Shown piece by piece: positions 35,166 to 46,502 of a stretch of DNA of 60,000 bases. How positions within the stretch are numbered: position 1 is the stretch's first letter; each line of letters begins with the position of its first letter. The translations under genes and the position numbers were made by a program. The stretch lies in assembly GCF_018977255.1 (NCBI RefSeq), contig NW_024704742.1, positions 1,800,001 through 1,860,000 of the forward strand. Direction: 5' to 3'. The notes beneath the pieces are model-generated. The model searched no databases. It saw only the letters and a list, made by a program, of their open reading frames with translations, and was not told the DNA's origin. Origin of the DNA: Callorhinchus milii. Its lineage: Eukaryota.

Positions 35166-36939
35166 GTCTCTGAGACAACGACTGGAAGTTTATTGTGTGG
35201 GTGCTAGTTGCATTCATCAACTAACACATGAAAAAAAACTTGAGTCAAACTGACACAGCTAAAATTCAGTTATAATCTCCAATGTCAGTGTTGTCAGTCA
35301 GTGACATGTTCCCAAGATTGCTGTAGGTTGGGTACCTTGATAAACATGGACTGTCTTCCTGCTGATCTTCAACATTGTCGGTTAAAACCTGACAGATTTG
35401 CCCCAGGACATGAGGTGATTTAATTGCTGCGTGTAAGGGGGATGCGCAAAGTGCATCGCGGAGGAATTGAGATGGCAGAGGACATGGAGGAACCAATCAT
35501 TAGGATCTGGAAACACAGGCAAAGGACTGCGCAGCACTGACCTGCATTGTAAACAGCCGACTGCAGAGGGTGAACAAACCATGTGCCCAGCATGTCCGTG
35601 TTAGCTATCAAAGGGCCTCCCTTCAAAGCTCGGCTCCAGTTCGAAGCCACAAGCAGGGCACAGCGCTCCTGCTTGGCTCACAGTGGGTTATGGCTCCGTA
35701 AGCCAATTGCAAGCGTGTCAGTAAATCACTAAATTCGCGTTTAATCCTCTACCTGGAAAGTTGCGATTTGGAAACCGTGCCTGTTCTGAGATCCGTATCG
35801 ATTTTTCCATTTCCTGATGAGACCCTCCGAGAAGAGCTATTGACCGGGGGAGAAGAAATCTCGATGCTTTGTGTGCCGTGCTTGAATAGCGTGTGTAGTG
35901 GGGGCGGGGGGGCGGGGCGTGGGGGAGAACGAATCGGTTATTTCGAATGGCTTTGCGTGCGCTCAGGCCACAGTAGTGCTTCTCACGCTTCTCGTTTTCT
36001 TTTCAATGGTCGGGAGGGATGGTTCAATGCAGGAACCAACCAGAAGGAAGGAGAACTGTTCACCTCAGTAACAAAAGCCGTTTAGATATTTACAGGAATC
36101 TCCTGGGATCCAAACCGCAGTCTGACCACTCGAGAAGTTCACTCGTACGCGTGTGAAACTACTCAGTGAAACAAACCCTTTTCATCTGACCATAAACCCC
36201 CTGTTACACAGTCTCATAGGTAAGACTGTGCATGTGTGTGTATATATATATATATATATATAGCAGCACACAATGTTTCTGGATCATTGTAAAACCTTTT
36301 TTTTCTGTCTCTCAGATGACTTGACAAGTGTCTGTCAGCTTTATCTCCAGCTTATTGGTGACCATCTGTGAAAAGATGTACAAAGTGGTGGACCTCCATC
36401 AGACCTGCATTTACTGCACCAAGTGCTTTTTCTTTGTCTGCCAAGCTTTGTTTACCGATACAATGGGATCGAGATAACAATCTCAGCGTGTACCTACCGA
36501 GGGTGAATTACTCTCGTCCCTTGCTCTACCAGGGAGAGCTGTTATCTGGTGGAAAATGTCAGCGCTCCTGGAATAAGCGAAAGAGAAAAATGTGATAACA
36601 TTCAGGGAAGTGACCTCTGATTGGGGCAGTGAGTGAATTGCATTGCAATGAGACGAGTGTCATCACCTCCTCGGTAATCAACTTAAAACGCTGTTTATTT
36701 CCCGCCGACTGCTGTTTGGCACTGATTTAATTCTGACATATTGCTGACTTTTCACTTTCCCCGACGCACGAACATTTCAGTGTTCTCGTGGACGATCATC
36801 TGCCTCTATCTGGCGCGGTCTACCTGAGAACTGACAAAACACAAGGCATTCGTGGCTGGAAAAAGGAAGCCTTAATCCTGCCAGATTTTGTGAAATGAAC
36901 CTTTCTGACGGTCACTTTAATTCGATTTAGTGTGTCCGC

Positions 36940-37262
36940 CTTGCTCAGACTCTTGCCTCTGACTCACAAGGTTGCGGGTTCCAGCCCCAGCTCAGGACTT
37001 GGAACTCCTATAGTCACAAGATGACACTCCAATGCAATGCTGGGCTACATCGTTGGAAGTGTCGGCCGTCAGTTCAGATATTAAACTGAGGTCCCTTCTG
37101 CCCGTTCAAGGGGACGTTAAAGATCCGATGGCACTGTTTGAAAAGAAAAGGGAGTTTCTCCTGATGTCGTGGCCAAAAGACCCTCAAAATAAAATCGATC
37201 ATTTACTTCATAGCTGTTTGTTGCTGTGCACAAGTTTGCTGCCGCATTCGCGCACAAAACAG
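36940..37262 (+). mobile_element. Deu-domain SINE
   Basis: CTCTTGCCTCTGACTCACAAGGTTGCGGGTTCCAGCCCC head, then GACGTTAAAGATCCGATGGCACTGTTTGAAAAGAAAAGGGAGTTTCTCCTG. Confidence 0.82.
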
Positions 37263-38149
37263 AATGACTTAAGGTGGTGTCCGGAGTTTCATAACTGAAC
37301 GCATAATTCTGTGACGATTGATTGATATCTCCTCGGACACATGAAGGAATATTGGGCTCAATTTTGCTCTATTTCTTCACTGAAGAAACAAGTCCTTCTA
37401 GTTGTCAAAGTATATCGTGCACGAGACTGTGGGGAGAGGGAAAACCCTGGCTCTGAAATTAAACTGAATGCGATCGAGGTTCCCTGAGTTAGCATCAGGG
37501 ACTAACGGAAATCCATTGAGAAATGATGCAAAAATCAACCCCCGATGTTTGCGGTTTGGGGGATCTTAGCTTCAGAAGTTTACTGTGGGTAGACTTGAAA
37601 GGAATTGGAGAAGAGCGAAGATGGTGACGGTTTCTCAGGGACTTTGGGTTTTGAGGTTTTGAATCGTAGAAATATAGGACAGAAGGAGCATCGAGAAAAG
37701 GAATGTTCCAGGTTTTTATCTGCCCCATCAGCGTTTTAGTAATTAATGTAAGATTTGACTTAACTGTGATCAGAGAACTTGGCAACGTGAGAAGAAAATT
37801 AACAATCCTCGAGAGATGTTGAGATTAGAAGTTTTACTTTCTTGCTTACAAGGCTATGGATACCGTGATTAGTCTTTCATCGAAAGTGGTTCCCTTTGCA
37901 TTGATCAAATCCTATAAGGTAACAGCCGGATAAATAATCTGGTTATTATTAAGATTGAAACGCTAATAACTCTGGTGATGAATAATAATAATAATCATTT
38001 CAACAACAACAACAACGGCGTCTCAGAGCGCTTAATTTCCATTCCGTAAAAGTGCGTCTCGGCCAAGTCGACGGGGAACTTCTCACCCGCTCAACGTCAC
38101 CCAGCTTCGTTGGCTGCTGGAATGGCTTGTCAGGAGGAGTGCTTGATGT

Positions 38150-38341
38150 CAATCGATTTCCAGATCCTCTCGCTCGTCTCCAAGTCCCTTCAGGGCCCTG
38201 GCGCCTCCCTCCCTTTCTGACCCGCTTCCTCCCCGCTCCACCATCGCCGACTGCGCTTTCAGCCACCACACCCCGAAAGCTTTGGTGGTCTGAGATGCTG
38301 CCCAGGGGCGAAGGGCACGATAGAAATGCAAGTTGTTGTTG
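38150..38341 (+). mobile_element. L2 LINE fragment joined to an L2 tail, internally deleted
   Basis: ATCGATTTCCAGATCCTC...AAGTCCCTTCAGGGCC is IDF.IL...KSL.G-like, and the fragment ends AGAAATGCAAGTTGTTGTTG. An opposite-strand L2 tail lies at ~37998-38075. Confidence 0.6.
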
Positions 38342-38389
38342 CCAGCCAGCCTTTTAAGAAATGGCTGGGGTATTGAATTGGATGCAGGG

Positions 38390-38515
38390 TTGGCCTGGCT
38401 CAGTTCGGTAACGCTCTCACCTTTGAGTCGGAAGATTGTGGATTCAAATCCCTCGGTGGACATCGAACTCGGATAGTCTTAAGCTGACACCCGGGGTGCA
38501 GAGCTGGGGATTGGA
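38390..38515 (+). mobile_element. Deu-family SINE 5' head only
   Basis: GCCTGGCTCAGTTCGGTAACGCTCTCACCTTTGAGTCGGAAGATTGTGGATTCAAATCC...AGCTGACAC. Confidence 0.7.
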
Positions 38516-39538
38516 GTGAGAAGCCAGAGTTAGGAAAGGTTATAAGGTGCGAGGAAGCCCCTGGACAGGGGCAGAGGATCATCGTGTTGGAACGGGAGAG
38601 AGGTTTCCGACTAACTTCTTCTTAGCATATTTTGGTGGCCAAATCATTCACAAGTAAGTTAGTTCGGAATTGTAATTCTTTTGTCTCGCAGTTGTTGGTA
38701 AAAGATATCGCATGTTGAATCCAGCACAGGGGTTCCACATTGGGATAAGTGACTTCTTCCTGTGCTGGAACTGTTATAATATAATATTCCAGCGCTTTGG
38801 GACATCCTCCCGAAGTGAAAGGCGCTCTATCAATGTAATTTTGCCGTCGTCGTTGTTGTAATAACATATCGTTAGAAAAAAATAGACTGAGGTGAGACTA
38901 GTGTGCATCTCTGCAGCGGGTGTCACTGACAAAAATGGATCCACAGAGCCGCAAAAATTTGAAGCTCTCATTTTTTTAATGGGTAATTGAGGTCAGATTA
39001 TTCAGCAGTTTGTATGGATTCATTGCAAAGGCTGGACTGTGCGTAGAGTTGTATAGTGTCTCTATCAGTAGCTGAGAGATTCTGGCTATTTTGCATCGGT
39101 TATGCTGTGTGGTTAGGGCTATAGACTTCTGGATGATTTCATTGAACGATTAATCTTTCTGCAAAAGTGTCAAGGAAGTATGTTGAAAAGAAATTTCGCA
39201 GTATGGGTACAGACCATTTATATTGAATGCTTTAATTCCTGGTGTGATCAAATGGCGTGCTCTAAAACATCACAGTTTGATTTCATTAAAACATCCTACA
39301 AATCTATTCATGCACCGAAAGCGGAAAAAAAAAGGACAAATTCGCAACGAGAAAAATGTACCGATTAATCATTTGAAAGCTTTCTCTCTTTTGCACAATA
39401 GAGGAAAAAAAGGGGACATTTTGCACATAATTTATGTACTTTGCCAGTTTCCTACATATTTTCATTCTGTTTTCCCTGCTTAACTGTACACTGATGATGG
39501 GCACTCAACGTACATAACAGCTCTTAGATCCAAGACAA

Positions 39539-39863
39539 AGTCCTGTAGCTCAGTGGTTAGAGCACTCGCTTTGCAAGTGAGAGACCTGAGTTCATTTCCA
39601 GGCAGAGGGCGAAACCTTGGGCAAGTTTCCTTACTCCACACAGAGCCTAATAATAATCCCTCCAAAACCAAAACAATAATAAATTGGTCATTTTCAATCC
39701 ACGACTGTTTGTGGGACATTGCTGTGCGCAATTGGCTGCCGCGTTCGCCCACAAATATACAGTCAATTCACTTTACAGTGTGTTCTGTGAAGCGCTTTGG
39801 GACGTCCGCCCGACGTGAAGAGCGCTATATCAAATGCAAGGATTATTATTATTATTATTATTA
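39539..39863 (+). mobile_element. tRNA-Ala(TGC)-headed SINE, full length, young short subfamily
   Basis: AGTCCTGTAGCTCAGTGGTTAGAGCACTCGCTTTGCAAG...GGGCAAGTTTCCTTACTCCACACAGAGC...GGACGTCCGCCCGACGTG...GCAAGG(ATT)n. Confidence 0.95.
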
Positions 39864-39879
39864 AGATCCCATCCATCCA

Positions 39880-40850
39880 GGGCGGCCCTATTAATCAGTC
39901 GCACTGCAACCCGCTTTGCCCCAGCTCGGAGCCCCACACTCCACCTGCTTTTAGGCTGAAGGCTCTCAGCGCGTTAACCCGATAAAAATGATTCCCGTCA
40001 GGCTAAGCGCCCGGGCTATTCCAGAACGGAACACCGTTCCCGTTTGTTCACAGTTTTAAAACCGCGCCCGAGTTTGGGGGGAAAATTCTTGGAAGGCGGT
40101 CTCCCTTGGGGAAAGCCGCCTTCCTGAAAAAAAGGGGTGTTCACCGTCCGGGCTTGAGTTTAGGAATTTTTTTTTAACGAAACGAAACATAAAAATACAA
40201 TACGATAAACAAAAAGTTTTCGCCCAATCTGACGGACGGTCTCAAGGCTAAGATGGGATGAGAGAGATTTCGGGTCCCCCCTCTCTCTCTCTCTCTCTCT
40301 CTCTCCCGTGCGGAGACGTGATTGTGCAAGCTTGGGTAAGCCAGCAGGTGGGGCTCACAGTCTGCTATCCACGGGAATCAATAGGTTCCTTTCCCTCCCT
40401 CGCAAGTTGAATAAAAAGTGAGTGTGTTTTTTTTTCTCTCTCTCTCTCTCTCTCTCTCCCTGTACGGTGACTGGCTGCGAAGTTGACGTCGACGCCACTG
40501 GGAGGAAAATTATTATTTTTTCTTTTCTTTTCCCCCAGCGGTGTTCTTGTACAAATTCCAACACCCGCTCACGGTAACACGACACTCGAGAGAGAGAGAG
40601 AGAAGGGGAACTTGACGACATTTGTCTTCTGGCGAGTGAGGTTTTCGCTGAAGGTTGCAGTGATTTTTGCCGCCAAGTGAGGGAGCCTTACACAAGCTGT
40701 TTACGAAACGTCAGCGAGCTTTTTTATAATAATAATAATAATAAACATTGCATTTTATTGCGACTTATGATCACTGCTGATGAATGGGGTTTGATTTTCA
40801 CGTCCGTGATGAGAATCGTGGGAGTTTCTTGACACGTGTCAAGTGATTGA
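39880..40850 (+). promoter_or_regulatory. Candidate intronic CpG-rich regulatory region or internal promoter
   Basis: Non-repeat sequence that looks CpG-enriched by eye, with (CT)n/(GA)n tracts, TGACGTC at ~40484, a CACGTG palindrome at 40828-40843 and strong + strand splice signals. Function is inferred only. Confidence 0.35.
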
Positions 40851-40917
40851 TGAGGAAGGAATGGGGTCGATAGGGGAGGCGTGAGGATGGGTCGGGGCGT
40901 TCCGTCCGCAAAACGTT

Positions 40918-40996
40918 AAAGTTCTGTTCTGCGAAGCGCTTTGAGACGTCTCGAAGACGTGATATGTTGCGATATCAAATGCAAGGATTCTTATTA
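40918..40996 (+). mobile_element. SINE 3' tail fragment
   Basis: GAAGCGCTTTGAGACGTCTCGAAGACGTGA...ATATCAAATGCAAGGATTCTTATT. Confidence 0.8.
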
Positions 40997-43730
40997 TGGA
41001 GTAGAGGTATGAGGATAGAGAGGAGAGGTTCCCGGCAAAACTGAGGAGAGACAGACGGGGCCAAATCAAACCAGTGTATCGACTGCAGTGAACAAAAAAA
41101 ACATCATTTGAAATAAAACTTATTTTGGGGCAAGGTTGTACAGTTTGGCAGACGAATGAACACAAGCAAGTACAATAAAGCTGGAGATAAGCAGCTGCTG
41201 TTAGATTAAATGGCGTGGCCACAATTTCCTGCAGGGTGAACTCCGAATCTTTGGTAGATCATGGGGAGAGATGCTGAATAGAATCTGTGGCCATCATCTG
41301 TGCTCTTTGATTGGATTACCGCCTTGTGATTCACCAAGCAATGGCTGTTTTTGTGTGATTCACGAGTCTTCTCAAATTGGAAGCAATGGGTGACCACTTT
41401 CGTCCGCACTCTGGCCCTCCCGTGCTTTTCAAGAGGTGAAAGAAATACTTTCAGACACAAACCCACCTTGCCGCTGATTTTAACCTATTCAGAGAAGTCT
41501 CCTTCGCCTCCCTTCAGCGAACCAGTCATCCATGTCCTAAAGAGGTGCGAGGAGATACAATATGGGGTTGTGGATCTATTGTGATATCGCAGAAGGACAT
41601 CACAATAGTAGGTCTATTGTATAATCTGCTATTGATTGCAAAGTGTTATCCAGGGAGAGTAACAGATGGAGGTGGTGAGGGTGGGGGTGGGGTGGGGGGA
41701 GGATTTAGACATGCACATACGTGGTCCTGGTGTGACGTGGGCTTGGAATTAATGGAAGTTTCACGCCCCAGAGTGCTCTGAGTTGCTGATGTTGTTGCTG
41801 TCCGTCATTGCAGTCCACACCGTCATTGGAAATTTGCTCTCGTCAGTGGAAATTAAGCGCTCCTTCGAGAATCCATCCGGGCTGATGGCCGCTATATAGA
41901 AATGCGAGTCGTTGTTGGTGTTGACCAATGAAGCTTCTCCCGCGGATCAGTTGACGAATGTGCCGCCCAAGAAATATGGCTTCCAAGAAGGTTCTAGTGT
42001 GTGTAAGCACTTAGCTGAAGGGTAGGGAATAGATTGCCAGGAAGCCGGAGGAGGTCTGGGCTCCTGATGCTACAGTGGGAGGACAGAGGAGTGGACGTTT
42101 AGGAAGGATGAGATCCATTGAGTCAAAGTGTCTTCTTCATCCATATCTTAGCGATCTGGGACTCTACCCTGCGTGAAGGGCACTATATAAGCACACGTTG
42201 TTGTTGTTGTTATTATCTGATGAGCCGGGGTGGAGCAATGTTCGGGAAGTTGCAGTTGATCTCGACGCTTTCGAGTTGATCGTTGGAAAAGAAAAAAAAC
42301 AACCCGTTCGTAACTCTGTTAGTAACACGCGTGTGGATGAACATATGAGGAGAGGTTCCAGTTCACACAGAAGGACTATATTAAAGAATGTGGGGAGGGG
42401 GAGAGAGGACAGGGAGGTGGGGGTGAAACAGATAGCTCTTTCGGGGAGCCGGCAAAGACACAAGGCGCCTTTTGCGTCTTTGGGGCAAACACGGCGAATT
42501 CTCCGTATATTATTAACAGCAGCGAGCCTGTGCACTATTGCACCGTGTGGCGCTTACCCAAGGGTGAAATGGCTTCTGAGTTGCGATTCTGTGGCGGTCG
42601 CTGCCATTCGGAGAGCTCCGGATACCTTGAGCCCTGAGATTTCTTCTTGCTAAATTTCTGCTTACGGCGAGCTGCCCTGTTAAGCAGCCGAAGTAATTAA
42701 CTTCTTGCGACTTAATCAGCAGTGGCAACTGGACTGTCTCCTTCCAACTCCAAACTCTACGCGGTTATTACGTTCAGGGTTGGATGGTTTTATCTCACTT
42801 TCCTCATTGAGTATAACTTGATGAGCTTTGTGCTGGAGAAAATCCATTGCTGGGTATTCTACCATTATAGAAGCATTTTTTTTAAAATACGTTTATTTCA
42901 GTAATTGTACTTTGATACTCTATAAACCTCAAATTACCACTGCTCTTCATTACTGGCAACGTTTTTGGTCATGTAACAAAATGTCACGGAACAGTTTATG
43001 GGCGAGAGATGTGTGCGTGTGTGTCCGTGCGTAGACGTGGTTAGCTCTGGCAACGTCGCAAAGGCTGGTCTGTCCCCATACCTTTCCTGGGCCCGTGGCT
43101 AATTTGTATGCAGCCTCCAGTCCATCCGTTGTTTGCTATTGAATTTTAGAATTGAAAAATTGTCATTTAATGCGGGACTCGTCTTGGCAAATGCTTTCTG
43201 GAGAGTGTCAGTGTTGTGCTGAATAGCTTTCTGCGCCTGCGATTGTGGGGATGTAGTTTGCCTGGCAGTCGAAGTGATTTTCAGTTATGGCTTCGGCATC
43301 TATAACCGAATACAAGCCCAGTGGTGAATGTTTCTTATCTCTCTCCGTTTAATGTGAGCCCACTCTTATCTTTCTTTATTGCCCAGGAGCAGCAGCCTCG
43401 ATCAAAACAAACACACTGAGCTTTTCACTTACTTACCGCCAATTTTGCTGCTGCAATTTGTACCTTAATCTATAGATCGATGATGGGGATAAAAATGTCC
43501 CATCTTTGTGGCCCTGCGGTTATCAATCGTAACTTTGCTCGCTGTGCCATATTTCGAGCCTGAAACCTTTACCCCGACAGTCTGCACAGCGAGGAGAGGA
43601 TTGGAAGCACCATCTGTCTTTGGGACAAATGAGAAAAAAACTCCCATTTATAATCTGTGTTTTGCAATATGGTTGTTTTCAGGGTGGATCATTTTGCCTA
43701 TTTCTGATGTGTGCCTCTTTCCTTTTATAG

Positions 43731-43941
43731 ACCCCCGTCCACCCAGTCTTCGAAGGAAGGTGAGGCCCCCGAAAGTAGAGCGCCCCGCAACACTTGTTGG
43801 TCCAGCGTTCCGTCTTTAGACTGGTCGCTGCTGAGAGACGAGGAAAATGGGGCTCTGGAAGCAATGTCCTTGAGGTTGATGATGCAGGATTGCACAGCAG
43901 TCAAGACGATGCTTCTGAAACTGAAGAGGATTCTGCAGGAG
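43731..43941 (+). CDS. CCSER1: Internal coding exon of coiled-coil serine-rich protein 1 (CCSER1/FAM190A)
   Basis: Acceptor CTCTTTCCTTTTATAG| ends at 43730, donor GAG|GTAATG has GT at 43942; 211 bp, phase 2 to phase 0, open frame. The peptide ...DWSLLRDEENGALEAMSLRLMMQDCTAVKTMLLKLKRILQE aligns with my recollection of human CCSER1 ...DWPLQGVEENGGIDSLPFRLMLQDCTAVKTLLLKMKRVLQE, which also ends an exon at LQE. The 5' boundary is less certain than the 3' one. Confidence 0.88.
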
Positions 43942-44494
43942 GTAATGATGCAATTATTTCTGCAGGATTAATAGGTTAGTGTACGAGAATCGTTTGAAAG
44001 GAAGCAAAGGAAAAAAGCACACACCTCTGGGGGATTTGTAGAGCAGCAATATTGTCCTGAACATAATAGACCTGAATTGTAGGCTTTGAACGATACTGCT
44101 CTGTCTTTGATTTCTGTGAAATTGCTGTGGCCGCTTCCATTGCTATATTATTAAAGACCGTGTGCATAACTTATTGACTGGATGCTAAAACGTGAAGCAC
44201 TGGCACTGTTTCGCGAGACTCACCCGGTATTTAACGACTCCACTACCGGACACGTACTTGGATCGTGTTCCAAATTAAGCTCTATACCACGTAGGAATAA
44301 GAAGGTACTGTAAAAAGGAAGTCGATCAGTTTGCAGAGTTGCATATAAGCTGCGCTGTGGTGGTTTTATGTTGAGATTGCGAGTAACAGTTGCCTAGTTA
44401 CTGATCTGACCTGATTTCTAAGTCAAAAGTAGTTTTGCTTCTCTTTTTTTGCCTGATTGGCCAAATAATAAAAGGGGTAAGACTAGATTGACTT

Positions 44495-44702
44495 AATAAT
44501 AATAATAATTATTCCTGCATTTGATACAGCGCCTTATCACATCTTCGAGGCGTCTCAAAGCGCTTCACAGAATAGACTGTAAAGTGAATTGACTGTATAT
44601 ATTTTTGTGGGCCAAACACGGCAGCCAATTGCGCACAGCAGCGTGCCACAAACAATCATGGATTGAGTGACCAACTTATCCTGATTATTTTTTTGAAGGA
44701 CT
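44495..44702 (-). mobile_element. SINE 3' two-thirds
   Basis: (AAT)n, then TGCATTTGATACAGCGCC...CAAAGCGCTTCACAGAATAGACTGTAAAGTGAATTGACTG...GCAGCCAATTGCGCACAGC. Confidence 0.88.
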
Positions 44703-45721
44703 TACTTAACTAATTCCTTTGTTATTGGCTTCGTGCAATCATTTGTAAGTGTCAGGAAGAAGTCCTATCCACAGAGAGAAAGGAGAGATGTTGCAGGACG
44801 TGACGTTAACAGAAGAGAATGCTAGCGTATTGGTGGCTCAAAGACAAATGTGTGTCCACTGCTATTAACTTTTTTTCCCCGACTGCTGTGCAGCATGTTA
44901 GCAACTTGCAGTGTCTGGCTCGTAGCACATCTTCTGGAGTTGGTTTTGAACTGTGGCTGCTTGACAATAAACATACAGCCATTAGTTTATTGCAGTGTAA
45001 ATATGAGGAAGTTCTTGCAGCTTGAAGTCGCTGCTGCTTAACAGTAACCATATACAGTAGTTTGAAGAAATGCATTAAATGGACTGTACCTTTATCCAAA
45101 CCGTAGATGGAGCTTTCCCAGCGAATTATACTCCCGGCGAATTGTCCAAACGACTCAATATGCCTGAGACGTACACCGTCAAGCTTGCCAGTTGCACAAA
45201 TCTGGTTAGCGTCCGTTTAAAAGCTTCATGTGTTAAGAAGGCTTCAACCAGAAACCCTATGAGATGGATCAAATCACTCTGCCTTGTCCATCAACGGATT
45301 ATCTCTGCAACTCAGTGTAAAATAGAACTTCTTACAAACGGAAGCTACTTAATGGGTGAGCTTTCCGGTTGAAGATGTTTCAGCATAGATCCAGAACTGA
45401 TATCCTTCAACAACGCTGTACCAGAGAAGAGAATGATTCAGTTGCGTGCACATTTACAATCTTGCCAATTCCTGCAAGCCAACAACTGATTTTTTCACAG
45501 CGTTTTATTTATAGACCCAAGTAAATAATTCACTTTCTTATGATCGTCTACAAAGAGATCATTTATTATGGCTTCAGAGAGTTCGGTAAAGAAAACTCTT
45601 AGATGCTTAAAAAAACACATTGGGTTAATGGTGCTTTATCCTTGGTTTCAAAAGCGAGAATTCCTCTTAGTGAGGGCTAGTGCCATTGTTAATGGGATGA
45701 ATTAAATTAGCTTCAGTATAA

Positions 45722-45841
45722 ATTCACCTACAAAATATACAGTCAATTCACTCAACAATTCGCTTCTGTGAAGAGCTTTGAGACGTCTCAAGGACGTGAT
45801 GAGGGGCTATATCAAATGCTGGTATTATTATTATTATTATT
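45722..45841 (+). mobile_element. SINE 3' end
   Basis: CCTACAAAATATACAGTCAATTCAC...GAGACGTCTCAAGGACGTGA...TATCAAATGC..(TAT)n. Confidence 0.82.
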
Positions 45842-45859
45842 CCTAACTGCTTTACTCCT

Positions 45860-46502
45860 GGTAACGGTGAGGCAGTCCTGGACTTCTTTGAATCCAAAGT
45901 TGAGGGAATCCGCTCAGCTGCCACTGCCAATCCGCCTGATGTCCCACTCCCCATCTCCCACTCTCACCCTGGCCCCGACCCATCCCTCTTTACACACCTT
46001 CGGATCTGTCTCCCAATCCTCTCTTATCACCACTATAACCCGTTTGAATCTTGGCATCTTGTTTGACCCTCAACTCTCCTTTCTACCCCACATCCGTGCC
46101 ATGACCCTCTTTGTCTTCCCCCACCTCTGCAACATCGCCCAGCTCCGCCATGTCTTACAGCACAGGCCGCCAAAACCCTCATACACGCATTCAGAACACC
46201 CAGGCTTGATTACGCAAACTCCCTGCTTGTCGGCCTCCCCAACTCCTCCCTCCATAGGTTGCATATCATCCAGAACTCTACAGCCCGTGTCCTCTCCCAC
46301 ACCAGGCTCCGTGACCCCATCACCCCCATCCTCACCCGACTCCACCGGCTTCCCATGGCACAGAGGATACAGTTCAAGATCCTGGTCCTCACCTTCAAAG
46401 CCCTCCATGGCCTCGCTCACCCCTACCTCTGCGACCTCCTAATCCCCTACCATCCTGCCCGCTCCCTCCGCTCAGCGGGCTCCGGCCTGCTTCACGTCCC
46501 CC
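45860..46502 (+). mobile_element. L2-clade LINE ORF2 fragment, frameshifted
   Basis: The ORF track gives NLGILFDPQLSFLPHI and IIQNSTARVLSHTRLRDPITPILTRLHRLPMAQRIQFKILVLTFKALHGLAHPYLCDLLIPYHPARSLRSAGSGLLHVP. Confidence 0.92.

Noticed and set aside
35813..35840. Second CTGATGA hammerhead-like box
   Set aside because: No helix II and no correctly placed GAAA follow. The other CTGANGA hits I checked fail in the same way.
43811..43820. Alternative acceptor CGTCTTTAG just before the conserved DWSLL block
   Set aside because: It gives phase 1 and has a weaker pyrimidine tract. The 43730 acceptor gives the phase 2 start and ~210-bp length I recall for the orthologous exon.
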